From a plasmid, in sequence record NZ_CP012741.1: a DNA stretch of 64,000 nucleotides; one strand, 5' to 3'. Below the pieces are notes generated by a model. That model saw only the letters and a list, made by a program, of their open reading frames with translations. It ran no database searches and was not told where the DNA came from. Of this stretch, positions 1 through 8,146 are shown one piece after another. Made by a program: the position numbers and the translations under genes. The stretch's first letter is position 1. Each line of letters starts with the position of its first letter.

Positions 1-43
1 CGGTAGCAGCTGATACAGACACAACATATAGGGACTAACATCA

Positions 44-427
44 ATGGAACATTATCAACACCTAATTTTGAAAGGTTTAATCAATGGCGGCGGCAGCTCT
101 AGCGAAACGTATGTTTACCAGTTATTAACTGGCAATGTTTCTGACCAGGGGGGCTCGGTTTCTCACATGTGGGGATATTTAGACAACCCACTGAAAGAAA
201 CGCTAATCGAAATCTTTGCTGATATTTGCTCGCTCGATTTGACCAACAAAACAGACCGTCAAATCGTCCCTCTCTTGATTGATTACATGGCGGAGAAATC
301 AGGTCGAAGTGAGTTTTTTAAAGTGAATAACCGCCGCGATATTGAACGCATGAGTGATGATGAATATGAGGGTGGCATTCAAGATCTGATCCGAGCTAAG
401 AAAGTTCAGCTATTAGACCGCGAGTAG
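44..427 (+). CDS. hypothetical protein (127 aa), first gene of an operon of small co-directional ORFs
   Basis: ORF-track ORF; ATG preceded by gggactaac; tightly followed by further small ORFs that have good SDs. Confidence 0.4.
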   Translation: MEHYQHLILKGLINGGGSSSETYVYQLLTGNVSDQGGSVSHMWGYLDNPLKETLIEIFADICSLDLTNKTDRQIVPLLIDYMAEKSGRSEFFKVNNRRDIERMSDDEYEGGIQDLIRAKKVQLLDRE

Positions 428-438
428 AGGGAAAGTAG

Positions 439-603
439 ATGTTTGAAGCACAGCAAAACGTTCACGTTTACATACCGGATTCAGTGAACGGCAACGCAGT
501 AATTTTAGAGCGCATTGAGCGTGATTATGGCGTTGTTTATTCGGTTCAGTTGGATGGTTCAGACGAGACTATGATCGTCAATGAATCTCAACTAATGGCA
601 TAG
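439..603 (+). CDS. small hypothetical protein (54 aa), not in ORF track
   Basis: ATG at 439 with SD agggaaag 6 nt upstream; stop tag 601-603; packed 11 nt after the preceding ORF. Confidence 0.35.
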   Translation: MFEAQQNVHVYIPDSVNGNAVILERIERDYGVVYSVQLDGSDETMIVNESQLMA

Positions 604-613
604 GGGGTGTAAG

Positions 614-910
614 TTGTCACGTCCATTGCTCGATGATGCTGTACTAAAGCTGATTGATGCAAAACTGCTGCTAAACGGTCACGTTACCAGTAAAGATATT
701 TATCGTCATTTGGGCTTAGGCCGTCAAAAGGTGAGTAAGGTGTTTCAAGACTATTTAGCCGCTAATCCAGATTCGATGATCTACGTTCCTGCCAAGAAAA
801 AATACATGGCTACCGACTCTTTCAAACCGTGTTTTCTCGGTGACGTTAAAGCGGGTGAGTTTGTCGATGCATTAGTCACAGTTTTTGGAACATTCACTAA
901 CAACGAATAA
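614..910 (+). CDS. hypothetical protein (98 aa, TTG start)
   Basis: ORF track; aggggg SD before TTG. Confidence 0.4.
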   Translation: MSRPLLDDAVLKLIDAKLLLNGHVTSKDIYRHLGLGRQKVSKVFQDYLAANPDSMIYVPAKKKYMATDSFKPCFLGDVKAGEFVDALVTVFGTFTNNE

Positions 911-923
911 CGAGGGAAATTAG

Positions 924-1151
924 ATGCAGTATGAAACAGATCCAAAAGGTTTGTCATGGCCAATCAAGCCTTCACTTATCATTGATGATATTGCCGCAGG
1001 AAGCGTACATGTTTTCTTATCACCAGAGGTTCCGGTGTCCACTTTTTCACTTAAGCAATCATTCGAACATATGACATTTAAGGGTGAAGCCAAAGAAAAA
1101 TGGATCGAGGTACTTCGTGGCATCGCTGACGAACTAGAAAAACAGGGGTAA
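924..1151 (+). CDS. hypothetical protein (75 aa)
   Basis: ORF track; SD gagggaaa upstream of ATG. Confidence 0.4.
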   Translation: MQYETDPKGLSWPIKPSLIIDDIAAGSVHVFLSPEVPVSTFSLKQSFEHMTFKGEAKEKWIEVLRGIADELEKQG

Positions 1152-1188
1152 AAACACGGGTATATGTAGGCTTTATAGGGGGATAAGT

Positions 1189-1527
1189 ATGGCTGATATT
1201 TTTATTAACCTGGATGAACCATTGTTTGTTCCTAGCGTGGATATTTCACTTCTCGATATGGTGAAATTTGGCAATTTTACTTGGCCTACAGGTGCAACTT
1301 GCGTTACTCAAGAGTGCGATGGTGAATTGCTTTGGTGGAGCGCGTCTGTTGGTGATGTTACGGCTGCTCGACAAGTAGCAAAACCAGATACTGGTTTGAT
1401 GCCTCTTATTGGCTTAGGTGCTCAAGTACATGCTGATTACTACCTGGCGAATGGTCAAGAAGTGGTTGCAAATGACTGGCAAAAAGCTGTAGTTACGATA
1501 GAACAATTCACTGGTTTGGAGTCGTAG
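1189..1527 (+). CDS. hypothetical protein (112 aa)
   Basis: ORF track; SD aggggga upstream. Confidence 0.45.
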   Translation: MADIFINLDEPLFVPSVDISLLDMVKFGNFTWPTGATCVTQECDGELLWWSASVGDVTAARQVAKPDTGLMPLIGLGAQVHADYYLANGQEVVANDWQKAVVTIEQFTGLES

Positions 1528-1533
1528 GAACAT

Positions 1534-1818
1534 ATGAATCTTAAATTTTCAAGAACACAGCATGATCAGGCTCTTGTTTTATCTACTTTAAAAATTCAAG
1601 CTGCAAAGATGCAAGGTCTTGAGGGGCTAGTAAATTGTTTACGTGATCTGCAATTGAGTTATGAGGCTGCTTTGCAACAAGCCATTCAATTTACCACCGA
1701 CAATAACGGCACAGTTGAAACTTTAGATGATGGGGTGACTCGGTTAACATTGAGTGATTTTCAGGTTGATTGCTTTCGTCCTTATTCTGACATCGATCGT
1801 TTTTATTTTGAGTATTGA
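1534..1818 (+). CDS. hypothetical protein (94 aa)
   Basis: ORF track; SD aggaa upstream; 6-nt spacing to preceding ORF. Confidence 0.45.
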   Translation: MNLKFSRTQHDQALVLSTLKIQAAKMQGLEGLVNCLRDLQLSYEAALQQAIQFTTDNNGTVETLDDGVTRLTLSDFQVDCFRPYSDIDRFYFEY

Positions 1819-1919
1819 TAACATTTAACTTATTTTATTTATTTAACTTATTTAGCTTATTTTTTTTGTTTAATTCAATTAACCTATTCCTCATGCCGGT
1901 CTAAATTTCCTTGTTTTAT

Positions 1920-2358
1920 TGGCCAGTGCGTTACCGCTGCGCGGTCGGGCTTTTCGCTGGGCGGCACACCGCTGCGCTCGTATCGCTAACCTGAGCCGCG
2001 ATATCGAGCGAGCTCGATGCGTCTCTAGGTTCCAGATACCCAATCCCTAACGCCTCCGCTACTGCGTAGCTGCGCCTCGTCGTGCCTCCTCGTTGCGTTT
2101 AACTGATTTCAACTAAGTTCGAGTAAGGGCTTGGTTTTTTATGCGCGAGTTTTCCTTTCAACTCGCATCACATTACGGGCTCGCAAGCTGTTAAACCGTC
2201 TCTCAACACAACCTGGTTTGCAAGGGAAGTAAACGCTGCATCCCTAAAGCAACAAGTTGCTAAGGGCTGCTAGCCCCTTGTCAATCCAGAACGATGTTAA
2301 GAGGCCGGACAGCTAAGCGGCTCCGAAAAGTGATACTCAAACAGAAAGGAAACTCCTC
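1920..2358 (+). repeat. Copy 1 of a conserved ~430-nt GC-rich, hairpin-dense non-coding leader, preceded by an AT-rich tract (1819-1919); the identity continues into the first 34 codons of the downstream gene (to 2460)
   Basis: Near-identical to 4877-5300 by direct comparison, with one 15-bp indel and a few substitutions; multiple stem-loops such as gcgagtt..aactcgc and caacaag..gggct.gct.agccc..cttgtc; no conserved ORF on either strand. Confidence 0.8.
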
Positions 2359-2862
2359 ATGGCGCAACAAAACACAACCCCAACTCTCACTAACTTGAAT
2401 TCAGCAACCAGCGTCTCGCCGCTGGACCGCGAAAGCTCACCTAAAAATGATATCTCTTGTCTGGCTTTGTTGAATGCTCGTCGCGCTATCAAACGAGCGC
2501 ACTCTTTGAGTTATGTCGTGAAAAAAGTGCGTCTTGCCAAGGAGCGTTTGAGCCAAAAGGAAAAGCAAAAACGTATCGCTATCGCTGAACTTAAGCAATC
2601 AACACTCTATCCATGTATTCAAAAACTGATTGGAGAAAAGCGCTGTTTCACTTTTAAGGAGGTTGAGCAGCTATCTCTATCTCTTTGTGAAAGTGGCCTT
2701 GATTGCTGGACTGTGGTGATGGTAGGCAGTGCGCTTTCTCATGGGGCGGTAGTGTTTGCTCACTATAAAAGTATTGCGCCGGCACTGGCATTTAGAGCCA
2801 CTGAAAACGGGTATCAACTAACGTCATTTCATTTCAATTATCTAGATAAAAAAGAGGCTTAA
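2359..2862 (+). CDS. N-terminal part of an ArdC-N (DUF1738)-like ssDNA-binding protein; starts with the shared 34-aa leader MAQQNTTPTLTNLNSATSVSPLDRESSPKNDISC; likely continues into 2865-3173 after a -1 shift
   Basis: SD aaaggaaa; C-terminal part (LCESGLDCW..., NGYQL) resembles the N-terminal half of the ArdC-N domain; the stop lies 3 nt before the next ATG. Confidence 0.5.
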   Translation: MAQQNTTPTLTNLNSATSVSPLDRESSPKNDISCLALLNARRAIKRAHSLSYVVKKVRLAKERLSQKEKQKRIAIAELKQSTLYPCIQKLIGEKRCFTFKEVEQLSLSLCESGLDCWTVVMVGSALSHGAVVFAHYKSIAPALAFRATENGYQLTSFHFNYLDKKEA

Positions 2863-2864
2863 TT

Positions 2865-3173
2865 ATGTGCAATATCAATGCTGTCACTCAGTCTGTTTAT
2901 TCCGCAAAAAACCAAGAACTTTTAGACGAACACAAGCAAAAATTCGCGCTTTCTTCTGAGCAATGGGCGGGTTTTCGTCAATGGGTTGAGGCTGGTCGAA
3001 AAGTGAAAAAGGGCGCGAAGGGCTGCGAAATCATGATGGTTTGCGAAAAGAAAGTGGAAAGCGAAGGCAAACAAGAGGGAGATGAAAACAAAAAACGCCA
3101 GGTGATTAAATCTGTTTATGTGTTTAACAAAGATCACACCGAAGCGTTAGAGCAATCTAGCAAGTCACACTAA
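2865..3173 (+). CDS. C-terminal half of the ArdC-N / DUF1738 domain (WAGFRQWVEAGRKVKKGAKG ... VIKSVYVFNKDHTE)
   Basis: Motif match to ArdC-N W.TFKQA..GG.VRKGEKG ... Y.VFNADQ; frame 0 is open from 2850, upstream of the ATG, consistent with joining to 2359-2862 through the A6 run at 2848-2853. Confidence 0.6.
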   Translation: MCNINAVTQSVYSAKNQELLDEHKQKFALSSEQWAGFRQWVEAGRKVKKGAKGCEIMMVCEKKVESEGKQEGDENKKRQVIKSVYVFNKDHTEALEQSSKSH

Positions 3174-3239
3174 AAAAGAAGCCTTAGCTTGGTGCAACAA
3201 GCTAAGGCGGTACTCACTACCCAAATAAAGGTAATAGCT

Positions 3240-3563
3240 ATGTACAGCACCAATGTAATCGAAAATAAAGAACAATGCTACTTTCCAGCGTCCATTGATT
3301 TTGATTTAGGCGAAATCGTCGTGACTCAAGGCGTTATCAAGATGCTCGATATTCTGCCAGTGGATCTATTGCAACCTTTCTTAGCTCGCCACAAAGGCGG
3401 TGATTGGGGGCATGTCTGTGTTCAAGATAAGCAGCAAAATGATCATGCAACACGTTACGGCGACCGCATCCTTTCTAGTTATAAGTTCTGTGAACAGTGT
3501 ATTTGGATTATTACCGAAGCTGACCGCAGCGTAACCACTATCTTACTTCCTAGCGAATACTAA
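3240..3563 (+). CDS. hypothetical protein with conserved-looking C-terminus (HKGGDWG ... IWIITEADRSVTTILLPSEY); start adjusted to MYSTNV
   Basis: ORF track 3189-3563; internal ATG at 3240 has SD aaagg 9 nt upstream. Confidence 0.45.
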   Translation: MYSTNVIENKEQCYFPASIDFDLGEIVVTQGVIKMLDILPVDLLQPFLARHKGGDWGHVCVQDKQQNDHATRYGDRILSSYKFCEQCIWIITEADRSVTTILLPSEY

Positions 3564-3600
3564 CCACGGAGCGGAGGGCGAAGCCCTCTGAAAAATGCAT

Positions 3601-3753
3601 ATGATCACTGTCAATTTCTGGAGCGAAAAAGAACAAGCGTATTCTTGTGTCTGGGAGCAAGGGGGGCGCGTAGTGAGCGGCTATCTAACCGAGGCTCAAT
3701 TAGAAGAAGAGAAAAGGTTAGGTGAAGAAATTCAATGGGAATGCTGCCCTTAA
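3601..3753 (+). CDS. possible small ORF (50 aa, Cys-rich C-terminus ECCP)
   Basis: Open frame not in track; weak SD; low support. Confidence 0.2.
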   Translation: MITVNFWSEKEQAYSCVWEQGGRVVSGYLTEAQLEEEKRLGEEIQWECCP

Positions 3754-3797
3754 AAGACACGGTTAAACGGGCGGCGTTGCCGCCCTAAGTAGGTTGT

Positions 3798-4016
3798 ATG
3801 AGTCAAAACAATTCGTCATTGATTGGTGAATTTTCTTCCTTGGATTCTAGAATTGCTGAAACAGAAGAAAATATTCGTCGCCTTAACGTCACACTCACTA
3901 AAACGTATTTTCACCCTCAGTATTTGGAACATTGCAGAGGTTACTTAGCTCACTATGAAACCGTTTTAGAGGAGTTAAAATCTCTCAAAAAGGCAAAAGA
4001 AAAAAGTGAGTTGTAG
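3798..4016 (+). CDS. hypothetical small protein (72 aa, charged/helical)
   Basis: ORF track. Confidence 0.4.
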   Translation: MSQNNSSLIGEFSSLDSRIAETEENIRRLNVTLTKTYFHPQYLEHCRGYLAHYETVLEELKSLKKAKEKSEL

Positions 4017-4046
4017 CTTGAAAGTTACGTAACTTTCAAGCTACAA
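4011..4046. promoter_or_regulatory. 36-bp perfect palindrome ttgtagcttgaaagttacgtaactttcaagctacaa, located 7 nt upstream of the higB-like toxin ATG; candidate TA operator and/or terminator hairpin
   Basis: Every position verified as symmetric about 4028/4029. Confidence 0.6.
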
Positions 4047-4053
4047 TAAGGGC

Positions 4054-4353
4054 ATGATATATAATATCAAGCGCACCGAAATCTTTAATGATTGGCTGAG
4101 GGAACTAAAAGACCCTCAAGCGCGAGGTTCAATCGCCGCGCGAGTGCAACGACTTACCCAAGGATTGAACGGAGACGTGAAACCTGTTGGTGCTGGTATC
4201 AGTGAACTCAGGATACATGTCGGAAAGGGTTACAGGGTTTACTTTAAGCGAAGCGGCAAGCAGATCATTGTTTTGTTGTGTGGCGGTAACAAGAAAACTC
4301 AAAACCAAGACATTGAACTAGCAAAGCAGCTTGCTCAAGAACTTGGACTGTAA
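4054..4353 (+). CDS. higB: Type II toxin, HigB/Gp49-like addiction-module killer protein (RelE/ParE superfamily)
   Basis: 99 aa; strong family pattern EIFNDWL..L.D..AR..I..R..RL..G..GDVKPVG.G.SELRIH.G.GYRVYF...G..I.LLCGG.K..Q..DI..A. Confidence 0.8.
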   Translation: MIYNIKRTEIFNDWLRELKDPQARGSIAARVQRLTQGLNGDVKPVGAGISELRIHVGKGYRVYFKRSGKQIIVLLCGGNKKTQNQDIELAKQLAQELGL

Positions 4354-4428
4354 CCATAAGATAAAGCCAGCTAATCACTGGCTTTTTGCTCAAACCTTGA
4401 TTTCTAAACACGACTATTTGGAGTCTCT

Positions 4429-4725
4429 ATGTCTAAAAATACAGCTATGCTCGCAGATTTTGACCCTGCTGAGTATCTTGATACCCCAGAAGCTATACAG
4501 GCGTATCTCGATGAAGCTGTAGCCTCTGGTGATGCAGCTTTTATCAGTCAATCTCTTGGTGTGATTGCTCGCGCTAAGGGTATGACAGAACTTGCAGAAC
4601 AAACAGGATTATCCCGAGAAGCGCTATATAGAACGCTTAGCCAAAAGGGAAACCCTAATTTTAAAGGATTTATGGCCATCATTTCTGCTTTGGGCATCTC
4701 TTTGAAATTGAACGTTCATGCTTAA
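4429..4725 (+). CDS. higA: Type II antitoxin, HigA-family HTH addiction-module antidote protein
   Basis: 98 aa; FDPAEYLDTPEAIQAYL..A...GD.A.I..SLG.IARAKGM...A..TGLSRE.LY..LS..GNP.F family pattern; toxin-then-antitoxin order typical of HigBA. Confidence 0.8.
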   Translation: MSKNTAMLADFDPAEYLDTPEAIQAYLDEAVASGDAAFISQSLGVIARAKGMTELAEQTGLSREALYRTLSQKGNPNFKGFMAIISALGISLKLNVHA

Positions 4726-4733
4726 AAAAGAAA

Positions 4734-4758
4734 GGCCGCTAACGCGGCCTTTTTTATT
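4734..4758 (+). terminator. Rho-independent terminator ggccgc-taac-gcggcc + T6
   Basis: 6-bp GC stem, 4-nt loop, then ttttttatt. Confidence 0.7.
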
Positions 4759-4876
4759 CCCATCATTCCGGATAGATGCCATTTTTAACGTTATCTTATT
4801 TTGCTTAATTATTTTATTTTCATTATTTTAATTATTTGTTTTATTTTCCCTGTTTACCTCGACTTTGCTGTTTTAC

Positions 4877-5300
4877 TGGCCAGTGCGTTACCGCTGCGCG
4901 GTCGGGCTTTTCGCTGCGCTCGTATCGCTAACCTGAGCCGCGATATCGAGCGAGCTCGATGCGTCTCTAGGTTCCAGATACCCAATCCCTAACGCCTCCG
5001 CTACTGCGTAGCTGCGCCTCGTCGTGCCTCCTCGTAGCCTTTAACTGATTTCAACTAAGTTCGAGTAAGGGCTTGGTTTTTTATGCGCGAATTTTCCTTT
5101 CGACTCGCATCACATTACGGGCTCGCAAGCTGTTAAACCGTCTCTCAACACAACCTGGTTTGCAAGGGAAGTAAACGCTGCATCCCTAAAGCAACAAGTT
5201 GCTAAGGGCTGCTAGCCCCTTGTCAATCCAGAACGATGTTAAGAGGCCGGACAGCTAAGCGGCTCCGAAAAGTGATACTCAAACAGAAAGGAAACTCCTC
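4877..5300 (+). repeat. Copy 2 of the conserved structured leader, preceded by an AT-rich tract (4756-4876); identity continues through codon 34 of the downstream gene (to 5401)
   Basis: Direct comparison with 1920-2460; lacks the 15-bp ggcggcacaccgctg insert present in copy 1. Confidence 0.8.
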
Positions 5301-6683
5301 ATGGCGCAACAAAACACAACCCCAACTCTCACTAACTTGAATTCAGCAACCAGCGTCTCGCCGCTGGACCGCGAAAGCTCACCTAAAAATGATATCTCTT
5401 GTGCGGTTGATGGAATTAAGCAAAGTGAAAAAAATTTATTCCTGGCGTCATTCAAAGCAGGAAAGCTTCGCAAGAACGCGAAGAAAGTCATTCAAAAGCT
5501 ACTTGATTGCTGTGACTCGTTAATCTTGAAAACGCAATCTATGGGGCTTGATGATTGTTGGAACGCAAACGAGCCGCAAGAGTATGACAAAGCCAAGTTT
5601 TGGGAGTGGTATGAGAGCAACTATAGCGAAATGGTGATTTACTTAAAAACTCGTGATGGCTTTCTGTCAAAGGTCGAAATTTGCGATTGTATCTATCATT
5701 TTTCTGATGATCTTGTTATGCACTTTTCCATTGATCAAGAGGAGCCAGCAAAGCCTAAAGTTTCATTTGCACAAGTTTGTGAGGCGCTTGCGCAAGGGTA
5801 TATCTCGCCCCTCAATCATGATGGTAAATATCCGTCACCCGATCCAGAAAAGAATAACAGTGATGATTCTAGACGTGTTGTCAGTTTTGGTGATTATCAA
5901 GCGCGTATCGAATCTAAAAAAGAACGATTTAGCGAGCTATCTAATAAGGCTCAAAATGAATCTGTCCTTTTTTATCAGGCGTCGAAAGATAGAGCCAGTT
6001 TAATTCCATTCGGTCAGCCAATTTTAGTTGGCCATCATTCAGAAAAACGAGCGAGAAAAGATGCTGAACGTATTTGGCGTGATATGGGTAAATCTGTTCA
6101 TGCTCAAGAAAAAGCCGACCATTACGAAAATAAAGCAAATAATGTCGGTTCGGCTGGTATTGCTTCCGATGATCCCGAAGCCGTTAGTAAACTAAAAGAA
6201 AAATTACTGAGTTTGCAAAACAGTCAAGAGGTTATGAAGTCAATCAACAAAGTGATTCGCTCTCATAACTTAACAGATGAAGATAAAATTGAGTTTATGG
6301 TTCACACTCACAGATTTTCAGAATCGCACGCTAAGAATATCTTGTTTCCTAAAACGGGCTCACCTGGCTTTGCTGATTACGCATTGAAAAACAATAATGC
6401 AAATATCAGGACGATAAAACAAAGAATTGAAGAACTTGAAAAGCTTCATAGTCAAAAACCGTTTGATCAAAATGGTGAAGTTGATGGTTTTAGTTATCAT
6501 CTTTATGAAGAGGAAGGTCGCATTAAATTTCGTTTTGATGAAATACCCAGCGATTCCGTGAGAAGTATTTTAAAGTCAAACGGTTTTAAGTGGTCGCGAT
6601 TTAGTGGGGCGTGGGTTAGAAAAATAACGGCCAATGCGGTTTCTTCTACGCGATACATCTTAAAAATGTTCACAACCCTTTGA
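5301..6683 (+). CDS. DUF3560-like plasmid protein (460 aa) carrying the same 34-aa N-terminal leader as 2359
   Basis: Motifs GQPILVGHHSEKRARKDAERIW, ASDDPEAVSKLKEKL, MKSINKVIR and C-terminal RIKFRFDEIPSDSVRSILKSNGFKWS...GAWVR recall the DUF3560 family; assignment is from memory. Confidence 0.45.
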   Translation: MAQQNTTPTLTNLNSATSVSPLDRESSPKNDISCAVDGIKQSEKNLFLASFKAGKLRKNAKKVIQKLLDCCDSLILKTQSMGLDDCWNANEPQEYDKAKFWEWYESNYSEMVIYLKTRDGFLSKVEICDCIYHFSDDLVMHFSIDQEEPAKPKVSFAQVCEALAQGYISPLNHDGKYPSPDPEKNNSDDSRRVVSFGDYQARIESKKERFSELSNKAQNESVLFYQASKDRASLIPFGQPILVGHHSEKRARKDAERIWRDMGKSVHAQEKADHYENKANNVGSAGIASDDPEAVSKLKEKLLSLQNSQEVMKSINKVIRSHNLTDEDKIEFMVHTHRFSESHAKNILFPKTGSPGFADYALKNNNANIRTIKQRIEELEKLHSQKPFDQNGEVDGFSYHLYEEEGRIKFRFDEIPSDSVRSILKSNGFKWSRFSGAWVRKITANAVSSTRYILKMFTTL

Positions 6684-6764
6684 ACGCATGACGCCTCATT
6701 GTTAAAATGGGGCGTTTTAATTTTCACGTACTTCAATCTAAATAGATTGGTTTGATGGTGGTTT

Positions 6765-7211
6765 ATGAAAAAGATTTCACTGTTGCCTTTGCTTATCGTT
6801 TCTCAATCTGTAAGTGCATTTTGTTTTGATGAGGCGGGGGCGTATTACAATGTTGATCCTACATTATTAAAAGCTATCGCAAAAGTTGAAAGTAGTCTTA
6901 ACCCGTCTGCTTACAACGAAAATAAAAATGCTGCTGGTAAAATCATTAGTCAAGATTTTGGTTTAATGCAAATTAACTCAAGTTGGTTTGAAAAGCTTTC
7001 GGATTTTAATGTGAATGAGCAGAATGTTTATGAGCCTTGTTTTAATGTGTCTTTAGGGGCTTGGGTGCTTAGTTCTAACTTTGCTAGTCACGGTTATAAC
7101 TGGAATAGTGTCGGGGCGTATAATGCGGGTTTCTCCAAGCGCACTGAGAACGCCAGAAAAATATACATCCAAAAAGTTAAATCTGCTTATTATTCTGAAA
7201 AAGTTAAATAA
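6765..7211 (+). CDS. Conjugation-associated lytic transglycosylase (Slt domain; F orf169/P19/IagB-like) with signal peptide
   Basis: MKKISLLPLLIVSQSVSA signal; AKVESSLNP...GLMQINSSW catalytic-Glu and GLMQ motifs. Confidence 0.8.
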   Translation: MKKISLLPLLIVSQSVSAFCFDEAGAYYNVDPTLLKAIAKVESSLNPSAYNENKNAAGKIISQDFGLMQINSSWFEKLSDFNVNEQNVYEPCFNVSLGAWVLSSNFASHGYNWNSVGAYNAGFSKRTENARKIYIQKVKSAYYSEKVK

Positions 7212-7768
7212 CACACCTTGCACCGTCATGGTGCAAATTTGATCCTCTTCAGCCTTTTGGCTCCCTCTTTGTTTCAACCTCGATCCTCTCAGTTACACTC
7301 TATTCAATCGCCATAGTGCGGCTTTTTTGTGTTGCCCTGGTCAATTTCTCTCGGGCCCGCACAGTTGAAGCCGGTGATGTCATGCTGACTTTTTACTTTC
7401 TCTGAAAGCGACCACACACCACGGCGCATTGTAAACAATGCGAATGGTTGTCTGAGAAATCAATAAGTGCATATAAAACAATGACTTAAATTGCTGTTTT
7501 GAGAGATATTGCCATTAGGAAAAATTTTCAAAATCCTAACTAAATAGCCGACAAAATCCCAATGTAAAATCATATATATAGAATGAATTGTCATTGATCC
7601 CTTTTGGAGTAAGGCTCCAACCTTGGTTTCAATGCAAAAATATTTAAAATTAATTGAATTGTAATTTAACCCTTGTGACATAAGGCTATGGAGGTGATTT
7701 TAAAGGAGTGATACAATGGTTTTACATTGATAATTAATTGGTTTTCATTGAGGAGAAAAAGCTAAATT

Positions 7769-8128
7769 ATGTCGCGTTCTTACCCTTTACAAAGCTCCCT
7801 GCGAGGGAAGCTAGAGCAAGATTTTAAGAAGTTCCGAGATAGAGAAAGGTTAAGTGATGCCGAGGCAACTCGTCAGCTTTTCACCCTGGCACTGCGCATC
7901 AAGTTGAACGATAGTGACGATGATAGACCGTCCAACCGTGAGTTGATGGAAGAGACTTATCGCAGGGTTAGGCAAATTCAAGGAGTGTTAAATTTAAATT
8001 TGGCACATAGCTTTGATGGTGAGAGTTATTATAAGAACAAAGCCGAATCTATTGAGCAAAGAAAATCGAATACTGCATTGGTAGATAAAAGTGTTGATGA
8101 ATATCTTTCAGGCGAAAAAAAAGGGTAG
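7769..8128 (+). CDS. hypothetical protein (119 aa), convergent with traI
   Basis: ORF track; SD gaggag; shares a terminator with traI. Confidence 0.4.
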   Translation: MSRSYPLQSSLRGKLEQDFKKFRDRERLSDAEATRQLFTLALRIKLNDSDDDRPSNRELMEETYRRVRQIQGVLNLNLAHSFDGESYYKNKAESIEQRKSNTALVDKSVDEYLSGEKKG

Positions 8129-8146
8129 CCGTAGCTACCCTTTTTA
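8123..8146. terminator. Bidirectional rho-independent terminator (gggtagc-cgta-gctaccc flanked by an A-run and a T-run) between convergent genes 7769-8128 and traI
   Basis: 7-bp stem, A8 upstream and T5 downstream. Confidence 0.7.

Noticed and set aside
1920-2358. Group II intron or retron ncRNA
   Set aside because: No reverse transcriptase or maturase ORF nearby, no recognisable domain V, and too short for a group II intron.
4801-4992. 63-aa ORF spanning the AT-rich tract and the start of leader copy 2
   Set aside because: Not conserved in copy 1, which has a different upstream AT-rich sequence; low-complexity translation.
1920-5300. Structured leaders as Frpo/ssi-type single-strand promoters of a leading region
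   Set aside because: With the candidate oriT next to traA and F-like polarity, the T-strand is the plus strand and the downstream genes are plus-strand coded, so the T-strand would be the coding strand and not the template strand. The region also enters the recipient late, just before traI. Kept only as a minor alternative in case oriT lies elsewhere.
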